A stretch of DNA of 64,000 nt from Candidatus Binataceae bacterium. Lineage in GTDB: Bacteria > Desulfobacterota > Binatia > Binatales > Binataceae. Under the pieces are notes generated by a model, which saw only the letters and a program-made list of their open reading frames with translations, did no database searches and had not been told where the DNA came from. The DNA is taken from NCBI GenBank assembly GCA_036489375.1, contig DASXFX010000063.1, positions 6,989 to 70,988 of the forward strand. The letters run 5' to 3'. Below, in pieces: positions 40,578 through 50,470 of this stretch. The position numbers and the translations under genes are program-made. The stretch's first letter is position 1; the number at the start of each line of letters is the position of its first letter.

Positions 40578-42281
40578 CTAATATTTGTTCGTCATTACGT
40601 TCGGATTACCCGCCGCGTTGTTGGAATACGAGTCGATAAAACCGGAGGACAATCCGGAAGAATCGGGGACAACGGTGTCGTAGTCGCCCGCGTAATCCGG
40701 CCCGACCAGTTCGTCCTGGCCGACGAGTGCTGGGAAATTAACTGAGGTGATCTTGGTGTTGCTCCACTTGATCCCGCCATCGGTCGAAGCCGCGCAGTAG
40801 CGATCACTCAGAAAATTATTGAGATCGCGGCGGCGATCGTAAAAGCAGATGGCGATCCGGCCGGTCTTGTCGGTGCCAATCGACGGTTTGTACTGATCGG
40901 AAAGCGGCTGAGCGCCCCCTTCAGGATCATTGTTGATTCGCAACGGGGCGGACCAGGTCGTACCGTTGTCCTTTGATTGAGAGAACGCGATATCCGCGAA
41001 GCCATAGGTGCCGGTGGTTGAAATTGCATCCGGCACGGTGAAGGCGGAACTGTTCCAAGTCAGGTAAACCACGCCCACGTTGGTTTTACCGATACCGATC
41101 GCGAGGCTCGGAAATTCGTTGGCACGAAGGAACCCCTGCAAGTCGGCGCCGTTGCCAGTGATACTGACGGAAGCGACCTTGACCGGCGCGGCGAAAGTCG
41201 CGCCCTGGTCGGTTGACCGCGCGATCCTGATCTCGCGCGCAGTCAAGCTCCCACCATGTTCACCCATTGCCTCCCACGCCACGATGACCTCGCCGCTGGG
41301 GCCAATCGCAACCTGCGGACCACCCAACGATACGTTGGGGTCAGACTGGTTGGCGCATTCTTCTTCGACTACGGTCGGTTGCGCGCTCCAGACAACGCCA
41401 CTGTTGGTTGAGGAAACCAGTTCGATCGCGTAGCGCGGAATAGCCTCGTTGTTCTGATCAACGCCGCAAACAGTTCCCGAATAGTCAACGTCCAGATAGG
41501 TGATGTAGAGGTCGGTCGGATTGGCGCGATCGATCGCGAGCCAGTCATGATCGACGAAATGCGTGAAGGGCGGCTTTTCAATCGCGATCGACGGCGCTGA
41601 GAAGGTCTTGCCGCCATTGGTGGAGGTTGCGATCGCCACCCCGCTTTGACTCTGCAGGCTATCGACCCAGATCGACGCGTAGTAAAAGTCCGAAGAATTC
41701 GCGCAGGCGAGCGACGGCTCCCCCATCATCGCCTGGTTCGCATCGCTGGTCACTGTCGGCGTGCCGACATAGGAAAAGGCGGTGCCGTGATTGATCGAGT
41801 TCGAGTAGCCGAGCGCGCTCACGCCGCTGTTTCCCAGCAGGCTCTTAATCTCACTGCCGGTATCGTTGAAGCCCACCACCACGCTGATGCCGCACCATGC
41901 GGCGGCGGTTTCACTCTGCGTGAAGCCTGAGTACCGGCTCGCCCCGATCGTGACCTCGGAAATCGCCTTGGCAGCAGTGAACGCCTGTACAATTTCGGTC
42001 GAGACGACGGCGGAGGATAGGCTGGGGTCATCCATTGATTGCACGAGCAGAGGCCGCACGCTCGACCATCGATCGGCCAGCGAGACCATGTTGCGACTCG
42101 CGCCAAAAAGCGCGTCGCGCCTGAAGTGAGGATTCTCAGCAAGGGCCTCCACATGAGCGGCTGAAGCGTCGAAGGGAGCCAGGCGTTGATCCGCAGATTG
42201 GGTTTGTCCGTTGCTGGCGGACACGAGGATTGAACCGACCATGGCAATCACTGCGACTGACTTGTGCGCTTTTTTCGTCAC
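40578..42281 (-). CDS. secreted BNR/Asp-box repeat protein (sialidase-like beta-propeller)
   Basis: Signal peptide plus at least five Asp-box repeats (STNGGKTFSAP, STNSGVVWSAQ, STDQGATFAAP, SKDNGTTWSAP, STDGGIKWSN). Confidence 0.75.
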   Translation of the reverse strand: MTKKAHKSVAVIAMVGSILVSASNGQTQSADQRLAPFDASAAHVEALAENPHFRRDALFGASRNMVSLADRWSSVRPLLVQSMDDPSLSSAVVSTEIVQAFTAAKAISEVTIGASRYSGFTQSETAAAWCGISVVVGFNDTGSEIKSLLGNSGVSALGYSNSINHGTAFSYVGTPTVTSDANQAMMGEPSLACANSSDFYYASIWVDSLQSQSGVAIATSTNGGKTFSAPSIAIEKPPFTHFVDHDWLAIDRANPTDLYITYLDVDYSGTVCGVDQNNEAIPRYAIELVSSTNSGVVWSAQPTVVEEECANQSDPNVSLGGPQVAIGPSGEVIVAWEAMGEHGGSLTAREIRIARSTDQGATFAAPVKVASVSITGNGADLQGFLRANEFPSLAIGIGKTNVGVVYLTWNSSAFTVPDAISTTGTYGFADIAFSQSKDNGTTWSAPLRINNDPEGGAQPLSDQYKPSIGTDKTGRIAICFYDRRRDLNNFLSDRYCAASTDGGIKWSNTKITSVNFPALVGQDELVGPDYAGDYDTVVPDSSGLSSGFIDSYSNNAAGNPNVMTNKY

Positions 42282-42860
42282 TGATGAATTTCCTGTTTCG
42301 ATTTTCTGACAGCGCTGAGGAGGCCATCACCGTAGTCGCATCCCAAGAATGGTGCCGTGGCGGAGGTGACCAATGCACGAAGCCGGAAGAGCTCGGATTG
42401 CTGCACTGACAAAGGAGGGTCTAGGAGCGCGTGCGGATTTCGATAAACCGTTGGCGGGTTTCCCCGATCGCTATCTGACAAAAATCGGGCGCCCGTTTGA
42501 TGACATCTGGATGGAAGCCGGGCGCACAGCCGAGCTCGCGGCGGGCTTGCGCGATCTAACGTTCGCAGTGGGGTGAGTATTCCTGCTGTTCACGATCGAT
42601 CGATCGGCGCGGCTTGCCCAGATCGAAGCTTCGCACGCCTAACCATTGCAATGAGTTGAAGAGCCGCGTCACCAAACCCGGCGGCGAGTTTTCGAGTTGC
42701 CGGTTCATGTCCATCTCCGGCTCGTAAACCGAGAAGCCAACGAAATCATTCATGTCCTGCCCACCCCTGCTGCATGAGAATCCCTCATCATCCGCCCATC
42801 CCGATACGGGTGCGGAGCACGGAGCATGCCATCGACTGATCACGCGATTGCGCGACCCGT

Positions 42861-43148
42861 GTGGAACGATTCCGCGACTTGTATGACGAGGGAACCATAC
42901 GTCAGCCCTCGTTGATGGCCGCGTGCGATCGACTTGATGAGTTGCGTGCGAATAAAGGTGGGTCGGTGTTCGTTCCAGCGTCGGCAGGGGGTGGATTGGC
43001 CGGGCGCCGTCGCGTCGAACCGGTCGGCGCGATCGGGTTGATGGAATCGTGGATCGCGTCGAGTGAATCGATGCGATCGGAGGGCCGCTACTTCATGCTC
43101 GAAAGCGGCGGGGTGACACCTGCTTCTTGGCTGGAAGCAGCGGAGTGA
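42861..43148 (+). CDS. hypothetical protein
   Basis: An ORF with no motif recognised; the call is weak. Confidence 0.2.
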   Translation: MERFRDLYDEGTIRQPSLMAACDRLDELRANKGGSVFVPASAGGGLAGRRRVEPVGAIGLMESWIASSESMRSEGRYFMLESGGVTPASWLEAAE

Positions 43149-43217
43149 ACCGCTCCCTCACATCATAGCAGCGGAGTGGGTCGCTGCTTCCAACGTTGGA
43201 AGGAGCGGCGCCGGCGC

Positions 43218-44039
43218 CTACTTCTTGCCGGCGAAGGGACGGTCGCGCTCGCTCAGCGCCTCTTTCAGGCCGCGTTCGCGGCTGGCCTTCATCCAGTTCT
43301 TCACGGCGTCGGTCTGATGCGCGATACAGTCGAGGTCCGCCGCCGACTGTTCGAGGGCGCGAATTCCCTGGATATCGAGCCAGCGGTTGACGGCGGCCTT
43401 GTGCAACGCGAGGAGTTCGATCGGCACCAGGGCGACGCGACGCGCGTAGGCCAACGTTTCCGCGTCGAGCTGGTCTTTAGGATAGACCCGATTCACCAGC
43501 TGCGAGGCCAGCGCTTCCTGCGCATTCATCAGGTCGCCGGTGAAGAAGAACTCCTTCGCCTTGCGCGGACCGATCAGCACCGGCCACATCGAGAGCGTCG
43601 GCAGGATGCCGAGCGAGCGGCCCGCGGGATGGCCGAACTGAGCGTCTTCGCTGGCGAAGACCAAGTCGCAATGGCCGGCAAGCTCGGTGGCGCCGGCGAG
43701 GCAATAGCCGTGCACCTGCGCGATGGTCGGCTTGCCGATCGCCCAGAGGCGCTGCCAGCGATCGATAATCTTGTGCAGGTTGATGCGATCGCTGCTGACA
43801 GTAAAGCCGGAGCCGGGCTGCTGCGTGCCCTGCAGGTCGTAGCCGGCGCAGAAGGCGCGCCCGGCGCCGCGAATGATGAGCACGCTAGCGTCGCGATCGG
43901 CCTCGAATTCGTTCAGCACCTGATCGAACTCGGAGAGCAGCTTGAGCGAAAGCGCGTTGAGCTTTTCGGGCCGATTCAGGGTCAGGCGAAAGATCTTCTC
44001 TTCGACCCGCTCGTAAACCACGGTCTCATATGTCGCCAT
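43218..44039 (-). CDS. enoyl-CoA hydratase/isomerase (crotonase) family protein
   Basis: LTLNRPEKLNALS, FCAGYDLQ and HGYCLAGATELAGHCD motifs. Confidence 0.85.
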   Translation of the reverse strand: MATYETVVYERVEEKIFRLTLNRPEKLNALSLKLLSEFDQVLNEFEADRDASVLIIRGAGRAFCAGYDLQGTQQPGSGFTVSSDRINLHKIIDRWQRLWAIGKPTIAQVHGYCLAGATELAGHCDLVFASEDAQFGHPAGRSLGILPTLSMWPVLIGPRKAKEFFFTGDLMNAQEALASQLVNRVYPKDQLDAETLAYARRVALVPIELLALHKAAVNRWLDIQGIRALEQSAADLDCIAHQTDAVKNWMKASRERGLKEALSERDRPFAGKK

Positions 44040-44082
44040 CGGAGTTGCTCCACTTTAGGTTCAGGGCGTGGTTCGGCATTGA

Positions 44083-44838
44083 TCACAATGCATTGGTGCA
44101 ATCGGTGAGCGCGGGGAGACCGGGGCGGCGCGCGAGTATTTCCGCAACAAGGCGATAGACCTCGCGATTCACAGTCAAGCCGACGTGGCGCCCGCGAACT
44201 TCGAGATTGATCCCGCCCTCATCGACGCAACTGCGCCAATCAACGACGTCGTCCTCGCGCGAATAAATCGAGGCAAAGGCCCGGGCGCGACGCGCGCTAA
44301 GGGCGAGCGCACCAGCAAAACCGCACGCACAACTGGAGGTGCCGCAATTTTCGGGCGTCCCGGCCATCACCTGCCACATTTCGCTGACGCTTTGCATGAT
44401 CGAACCGATCCGGCGGTTCATCGAGTCCCAATCCTGCCGAATGGGCGCGCCGAGACCAATTACGCGGCTGACGAGAGTCGGGAGCGAACCGCCGAGCGAT
44501 CGCGCGAGGACTCCACCGAGGCTATGGCCGATGACGGCGACGCGGTCGCCGGTTTCGCGTGCGATGCCGACGACGCGAGCTTCGAGGCGTTCGAGTTTCT
44601 CGCGCGGACAGCCGAGGTTGAGGTCGATGCCGGAGAGGAATGGGTTGTAGCCGATGCGCCGGAGCCATCGCGCCATCGGCGCCATCGCCCAGTCGCCGGC
44701 AAAGTAACCCGGCAGCAATAGAACGGGTTCGCCGTTGCCGTGCGGGACGCGCTCGCTACCGTAGAAGATTGGGTCGCGCATCAGGGCGGACAACTGTTCC
44801 AGATAGTCGAAAGACGAAACCGTCAAGTCGAGAAACAC
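44083..44838 (-). CDS. alpha/beta hydrolase (lipase/PGAP1-like)
   Basis: VAVIGHSLGG nucleophile elbow. The start is provisionally a GTG after CAGGAGG; the longer ORF N-terminus looks non-coding. Confidence 0.5.
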   Translation of the reverse strand: MFLDLTVSSFDYLEQLSALMRDPIFYGSERVPHGNGEPVLLLPGYFAGDWAMAPMARWLRRIGYNPFLSGIDLNLGCPREKLERLEARVVGIARETGDRVAVIGHSLGGVLARSLGGSLPTLVSRVIGLGAPIRQDWDSMNRRIGSIMQSVSEMWQVMAGTPENCGTSSCACGFAGALALSARRARAFASIYSREDDVVDWRSCVDEGGINLEVRGRHVGLTVNREVYRLVAEILARRPGLPALTDCTNAL

Positions 44839-45629
44839 CGCGTCTGAAGCCTCCTGGATGCTCTGGAGTGCGCGCGATAGTAAACCGGATGCGACCTCAT
44901 AGTAAAGCGCGATCGAGATGGAGCGCGACGAATGACATCGCCGCGGGCCGCTAAAATGGGTTCGTTTCGCGAAAAGGCGACGATGCGAGGGTATCGCGCG
45001 GGCGGCAGACGGGATAATAGCCGCCCTGCCGATGCTCGAGGTTGCGTTGAGATAGAGGGAAAGTGAGGTGAAGGAACGAGGAACATGGGTTTTTTCGGAA
45101 ACTGAAACCTCACGAGGTTTCAGACTTCCCATTGGTAAAGATGCGGTCTGCGCCCTGTGAAAAATGGTCATGTGGCGTGAGTTTTCGATGGATAAACGCT
45201 CGCGATGCTCGGGTGAATGGGCGGTGTCGGATGGGATCGGGGTGATTTGAAGGACCTTTGCAGGGTTTTACTGGTTAGAAAGCGGGTATCAGGGGTGGAA
45301 GCGAGGATTGCGGCAGGATACGGCGGTGTCTGAGGGGACGACTGCCGGCATCAGAGAGGTGATGCTACAAATAGTATAGCGCAAATCGCGTGGCGTTAAT
45401 AGACCGGGCGACGAGCCTATTAAATACTGTGACCAGAGAATGGGCGATGTTACGGAGTCGAACGGAAAATAGGAATAAATAGAAATAAGTGCGTAAAATT
45501 GGCCAGCTATGATGCGATGATCAATACGAAGTCCACCCATTAACCCTATGATCAGTTGTGGTGCCCTAACAGCAATGGTTTGAAATCCGTATCCCGTGGC
45601 AATGATTTAAATATGGGCGCGCAGCTGAG

Positions 45630-46304
45630 ATGAAGTCGTTGAACGATCACGAAAAATCGGACATGGCGAAGGCAATGGATGAATTGCACGCTAAACTTCG
45701 CCCGTTCTTCAAACAGAAAGGCTTTCGTTCTCGTGGACGCGCATTTAACCGCGCGACATCTGACGGATTGACTCAAGTTGTGAATCTGCAAATGGGAAGT
45801 TTCGATCTCCCTGGGACTACCTACTTCCCCGGCCTTCGAGAGAATCGTTACGGCAAGTTCGCCATAAACCTGGGCGTCTACGTTCCCGAGGTCGCCAAGT
45901 ATCTCGGGGGAACCACAAGTTCATTTGTTCAAGAATATCAGTGCTGCGTGCGGACAAGGCTGGGGAGGCTAGAACCACAGCAGTCGAATGTATGGTGGGA
46001 TATTCGACAAGACAGCGGTTTTGTTGGAGAACTGCAAGAGCGGCTCGGGCAAGATGCGTTACAATTCTTCGATCGATTTGGATCCCGCGATGCAATCCTG
46101 ACGAAATATAGTAGCGCGACTGAGGCGCTTTACGTTGGTCAGCCACCGCGTATGGTTTGCGCGATCATCCTAGCCAAACGAGGGCAAGTCGCTGAGGCGC
46201 GAGCGCTTTTGGCTGAGCAGGCTAAAGAAAGGAGGAATCCCAGGCACCCGGCTTATGTAAGGGCTCTCGCTGCGAGGCTTGGCTTAGGGGACCTTGAGAC
46301 CTAA
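45630..46304 (+). CDS. hypothetical protein (DUF4304-like pattern)
   Basis: KQKGFRSRGRAFNR...QVVNLQMGSF...FAINLGVYVP resembles the DUF4304 family from memory. The gene and its 5' flank are visibly lower-GC. Confidence 0.45.
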   Translation: MKSLNDHEKSDMAKAMDELHAKLRPFFKQKGFRSRGRAFNRATSDGLTQVVNLQMGSFDLPGTTYFPGLRENRYGKFAINLGVYVPEVAKYLGGTTSSFVQEYQCCVRTRLGRLEPQQSNVWWDIRQDSGFVGELQERLGQDALQFFDRFGSRDAILTKYSSATEALYVGQPPRMVCAIILAKRGQVAEARALLAEQAKERRNPRHPAYVRALAARLGLGDLET

Positions 46305-46527
46305 CGGAAAAAGGGGAGTTTCAGAAGAGGCGGACGCGAAAAAAGGCGCGAGGCCCGGTATTGAAGCCTCACGCCGTACAAAACGGATGTCAGATCGAAT
46401 GAGAGTTAAGGAGTTTCGGTATCGTGGCGATAGCACACCGCCGTAACCTGACGCTCCAAACGCCTGCGCATCTACTTAGATGCTCGTGTGGCAGTCATCG
46501 AAGGTTCGATGAGACTACCCACGCAGC

Positions 46528-46806
46528 TTAGATGGCTTCGATCTGCCAGAGGTTGCGCGCGGCAGTGACCGAGCGCTCGATGAGCTTGCGCGCCATGTTG
46601 TGCTGCGCTTCGAAGATCGAGGCGAGCGGGGTCTCTTTGGCCCAACCGGTGGCCTTTTCCTGCAGTTCGAGAGCCTGGGTGGCAACGCGCTCGGTGGTAT
46701 CGATATACCAGGCAGCGGCCTTCTTGGCGCCTTCGATGCTGACGAAAGACTCACCTAACTTGCTAAACGCCTCGTACATTCCTTCGCGGGTTTCTTTGTC
46801 CGCCAT
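46528..46806 (-). CDS. phasin family protein (PHA granule-associated)
   Basis: Small helical protein (MADKETREGMYEAFSKLGE...) immediately downstream of phaC. Confidence 0.65.
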   Translation of the reverse strand: MADKETREGMYEAFSKLGESFVSIEGAKKAAAWYIDTTERVATQALELQEKATGWAKETPLASIFEAQHNMARKLIERSVTAARNLWQIEAI

Positions 46807-46959
46807 TTGGACTCCTCCGTCCCCTTTCAGGGGTAGTTTTTTGTGCGGGCCCTTCCCGCGTTTCTTGCTTGCCTTAATGGTAACCACTTACGAGCCTTCC
46901 AGTCCGGGTGATTTGTCACAAGTGCGACAAAAACCGGCGTTTTCAAGCGATTCTGCGGT

Positions 46960-48075
46960 CTATTGGTCGCGATCGGCGAGCCATCCGCCGACTTCCGGCC
47001 ACAACTTTTTGATTGCGCCGGCGCTGACCACGGCACCGATATGACCGGTGGCGAAGGTCAAGTTGCGACGGTCCGCGCTACCCACTTTTTCCGGCAGTGG
47101 CAGGCTCGAAGACGGATGCACGACGTCGTCGAGATCGGCGACCACGTTGAGCAGCGGGCAGGTGATGTTCTGCAAATCGACCTGACGCCCGGCAATTTTC
47201 AATTCACCTTTCGCCAGCAGATTGCGCTTGAAAATATCACTGGTCATCTCGCGGAAGATCTGGCCGGCGAGGGCAACGTCACTGGACATCCAGCGCTCGA
47301 ACAGATCGAACATCTCGGCGTAGCCATCGCGTTCGGCGTTGCGATAGAGGCCGACGTACTTGTCGAGTGCGTGATGGATCGGCGACATGGCGGTGAAGCC
47401 CATGTTCACCATCCAGGCCGGGCAATTGCCGTAAATCTTGGTGATGAGTTCGACCGCGCTGTCGTCAACCTTGTCCATCAGATGGTAGATGGAAAGCTCG
47501 CGCACGCCCATGTCGAACGGAATCGCGAGGGTGACGAGGTTCTTGACGTTCTCGGGATGGAGCGCGGTGTAGAGCAGGCTGAGCAAGGCGCCGAAGCAAT
47601 AGCCGAGCACGTGGACCTGATCGACGTTCTCCTCGATCTGGACGGCGCGCACGGCGTTGGCGAGATCCTGATTGACGTAAGCGTCGAAGCCGCGCCAGGC
47701 GTCTTCCTTGGTCGGCGGAATCCAGTCGGTGAGATAAACGTCGAAGCCCTGCTTGAGCAGACTCTCGACGACGCTTTTGCCCGGCTGCAAGTCCATCACG
47801 AAGGGGCGCTTGATCAACGCGTAAACCAGGACGATCGGCGTGGCGTGAATGCGATTGCGCGCACGGTAATGGCGCAGGCTGACCTTGCCGCCTTCGTACA
47901 GCACGTCGTAGGGCGTTACCGGCGGCGGATCGGCGGAGACCTGCGAACCGAAGCCGCGGCCGAGCGCGTCGAGCGAACGGAGCGTACCCTCGAGCCAATA
48001 GCCGGCGACATCGTTAAAGAGCGACACTCTTCTTGCTCCCCTTGGCTGCGCGCTTGGGCGCGGGCTTGTAACCAT
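46960..48075 (-). CDS. phaC: class III poly(R)-hydroxyalkanoate synthase, PhaC subunit
   Basis: Strong pattern match to class III PhaC (PIVLVYALIKRPFVMDLQ, YLTDW, lipase box GYCFGA, NVVADLDDVV, GHIG). The start is uncertain: ATG at 48075 or GTG at 48027. Confidence 0.85.
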   Translation of the reverse strand: MVTSPRPSAQPRGARRVSLFNDVAGYWLEGTLRSLDALGRGFGSQVSADPPPVTPYDVLYEGGKVSLRHYRARNRIHATPIVLVYALIKRPFVMDLQPGKSVVESLLKQGFDVYLTDWIPPTKEDAWRGFDAYVNQDLANAVRAVQIEENVDQVHVLGYCFGALLSLLYTALHPENVKNLVTLAIPFDMGVRELSIYHLMDKVDDSAVELITKIYGNCPAWMVNMGFTAMSPIHHALDKYVGLYRNAERDGYAEMFDLFERWMSSDVALAGQIFREMTSDIFKRNLLAKGELKIAGRQVDLQNITCPLLNVVADLDDVVHPSSSLPLPEKVGSADRRNLTFATGHIGAVVSAGAIKKLWPEVGGWLADRDQ

Positions 48076-48559
48076 TCCAGATAATCGCGGCGGCCGCGCT
48101 CTCGGAATCGCCACGGTGCGGCGGAGCGAAGGTGCTGTCCTGACGCTCGTCGCCGATCGCTTCATCGGCAGTCTCGGCGCGGACGGTACGGAGTTCCTCG
48201 CGCAAGGCCTTGACGTCGGCGCGCAGCGCCTGCACGTCGGTCGCGGTGGGCAAGCCGATCGCGGGCCAGAGGTTGCCAAAGACTGCGGAGGCGACGGCGT
48301 CAACTACGCGCGTGACCTGCAACCCGGTCTGAATTCCGCGTCCGGCGATGGAGCCGAAAGTCGGATTCGCGTACATGCGATTGGAGGCGTCGTTGGCGAG
48401 GCGCACCCAAGCGTCGTAAGCCTTCCATCCGGCATCGCGGACGGCGCCTTCGTCGTCATTGGAGAGCAATCGCTTGATCGCGGCAGCGGGCAGATCGAAC
48501 CACGCCGCCTCGAGCAATTTGCCGAAATCCTCGGACATTTCCGACTTTTTGATACCCAT
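48014..48559 (-). CDS. putative PHA synthase second subunit (PhaE/PhaR-like)
   Basis: Position immediately upstream of class III phaC and coiled-coil-like composition. The call rests on synteny only. Confidence 0.4.
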   Translation of the reverse strand: MGIKKSEMSEDFGKLLEAAWFDLPAAAIKRLLSNDDEGAVRDAGWKAYDAWVRLANDASNRMYANPTFGSIAGRGIQTGLQVTRVVDAVASAVFGNLWPAIGLPTATDVQALRADVKALREELRTVRAETADEAIGDERQDSTFAPPHRGDSESAAAAIIWNGYKPAPKRAAKGSKKSVAL

Positions 48560-48774
48560 TCGATGAGACCCCCTCTCGAATACCCACTGTTACAGTCGAT
48601 CGGCCCGGTGCCTGTTTCGACTCTACGTAGTGAAAGTTTACTGGATATCATCAGTCGAACAACTGTAGATGAACTGCCAGTTGTCGCGATTGCGACAGAA
48701 CGGGTGGTTCCGCGCGGCGATTCGGTGGGTTCGGTCGCCTTGGCGACATCATGGCTGCCTGTGCTACGAAATAT

Positions 48775-49480
48775 CGTGGTCTCGAAAGCTCCATCCGACT
48801 GGAAGACACTAGGGCGACTCAAGACGTTGTCATGGCTCAGCCAAGACCAGCTGCAGGGCCTTGCGCAAAGCTTAACGCTGGAAAGGATAAAGCGCCGCGA
48901 CACGATTTTCTTCGAGGGCGAGAGTTCAAACCGGATTTACGTGCTGTTGTCGGGGGTGGCGAAGCTATCGTTTCAAAACCGCGACGAGCGGGTGCTGGTC
49001 GGACTGGTGGGGCCGGGCGAAATTTTCGGCGTTTCTTCGCTTTTACCGCATGCAACAAGGCCATTCCGATGTGAGGCGTTTAACGATTGCATCGTGGGTA
49101 TCGTGCGCCCTGAAACATTCGTCGGGCTGGTGCTGGGAGTGCCGCTGGAGCGCTTCAGCCGGACGCTGGAAGTGACGGTGGGACGATGGTGGATAACACT
49201 GCAGCGCTATACGAATTTCGTCGGCCTGAGCGTGCGCGAGCGGCTGGCGGGCGCACTGCTGGAACTCGCGATGAAGTTTGGCGCGGAGGACTCGCGCGGC
49301 ATCCTGCTGACGTTGAAAGTCACGCACGCGGACCTGGCCGAACTGGTCGGCGCATCGCGGCAGCGGACGACCGAGCAACTGAACGATTTCGAGAACGAGC
49401 GGGTGATCCTGCGCGACGGACGACGCCTGATAATCGTGCCGGAGCGGCTGCGAGAGTTGGTTGAGGCCTCGCAAATCTAA
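48775..49480 (+). CDS. Crp/Fnr family transcriptional regulator
   Basis: cNMP-binding fold (IFFEGESSNRIYVLLSGVAKL) and C-terminal HTH (THADLAELVGASRQRTTEQL). There is no in-frame ATG, so a GTG start is assumed. Confidence 0.75.
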
Positions 49481-49562
49481 TAGGCTCGCGGGCAGGCGGT
49501 TGAACGGGCGGCAACAGAGCGGGCGGAGGGGTTGATGGCGCCGGCCCGTAAGGAGCAAGGAT

Positions 49563-50399
49563 TTGTCAGCGGAAAGCAGGTACTTCAGCGCCAACGGGCT
49601 CAAGCTGCACTATCTTGATTACGGCAATCCCTCGAAACCGCCGCTGGTTTGCATCCATGGACTGAGCGGCAACGCGCACAATTTCGACGGCCTGGCGCCG
49701 CATTTGACTAACGACTACCACGTGATGTCGATCGACGTGCGCGGGCGCGGCGACAGTGCGTGGGGACCCTCGGTGGAGTATGCGCCGCCGATCTACGTGA
49801 GCGATCTAGCGGCGATGCTGGAGACGCTCGAAATCGATCGGGTGACGCTGATCGGGACGTCGATGGGCGGCATTATCTCGATGATCTTCGCGGGTGGCTA
49901 TCCGCATCGGGTGACGCGGCTGGTGCTCAACGATATCGGGCCGGAAGTGAATCCAGCGGGCCTCAAGCGGATTACGGATTACTTCACCGAAGCGCCGGAC
50001 GATTTCGCGGACCTGAACGAAGTGGCGGCGTACTACCGGGCGAATTATCCGTTTCTTGCGACCGCATCGGAAGGCGATTTGCGGGAATTCGTGCGATGGG
50101 CGGTGAAGCCCGCGGAGAACGGACGCCTGACGTGGAAAATCGATCCGGCGGTGCGCAACATTCCGCGCACCGGGACGGCGGCGCGACCGCTGGACATGTG
50201 GGTGCCATACACGAGGATTACGGCGCGCACGCTGGTGATTCGCGGCGCCGACAGCGACATCCTCGCACACGATACGGCGGAACGGATGTGCCGCGTACTG
50301 CCGGGCTCGAAGCTGGTCGAGGTGGCAGGCGTAGGGCATGCGCCGACGCTGTCGGAGCCGGTCGCGGTCGCGGCGATTCGGGAATTCCTCGCGCATTAG
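49563..50399 (+). CDS. alpha/beta hydrolase
   Basis: CIHGLSGNAHNF and GTSMGG motifs. Confidence 0.85.
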   Translation: MSAESRYFSANGLKLHYLDYGNPSKPPLVCIHGLSGNAHNFDGLAPHLTNDYHVMSIDVRGRGDSAWGPSVEYAPPIYVSDLAAMLETLEIDRVTLIGTSMGGIISMIFAGGYPHRVTRLVLNDIGPEVNPAGLKRITDYFTEAPDDFADLNEVAAYYRANYPFLATASEGDLREFVRWAVKPAENGRLTWKIDPAVRNIPRTGTAARPLDMWVPYTRITARTLVIRGADSDILAHDTAERMCRVLPGSKLVEVAGVGHAPTLSEPVAVAAIREFLAH

Positions 50400-50470
50400 C
50401 GAGAGCATCCGCACTCGCTCATTGCGCGACTGCGCCGGAGGATCTCGCCGGCACGAGGGATCCGCTCAAA

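Noticed and set aside
43125-43150. GGAAGCAGC motif reminiscent of SRP RNA domain IV.
   Set aside because: It lacks the symmetric GGAA/GCA loop context and the flanking helices; it is better explained as a hairpin terminator.
45289-45791. Two minus-strand small ORFs in the AT-rich spacer (considered as a transposase or integrase remnant).
   Set aside because: No recognisable DDE/HTH motifs or terminal inverted repeats were seen; the region is treated as a non-coding spacer.
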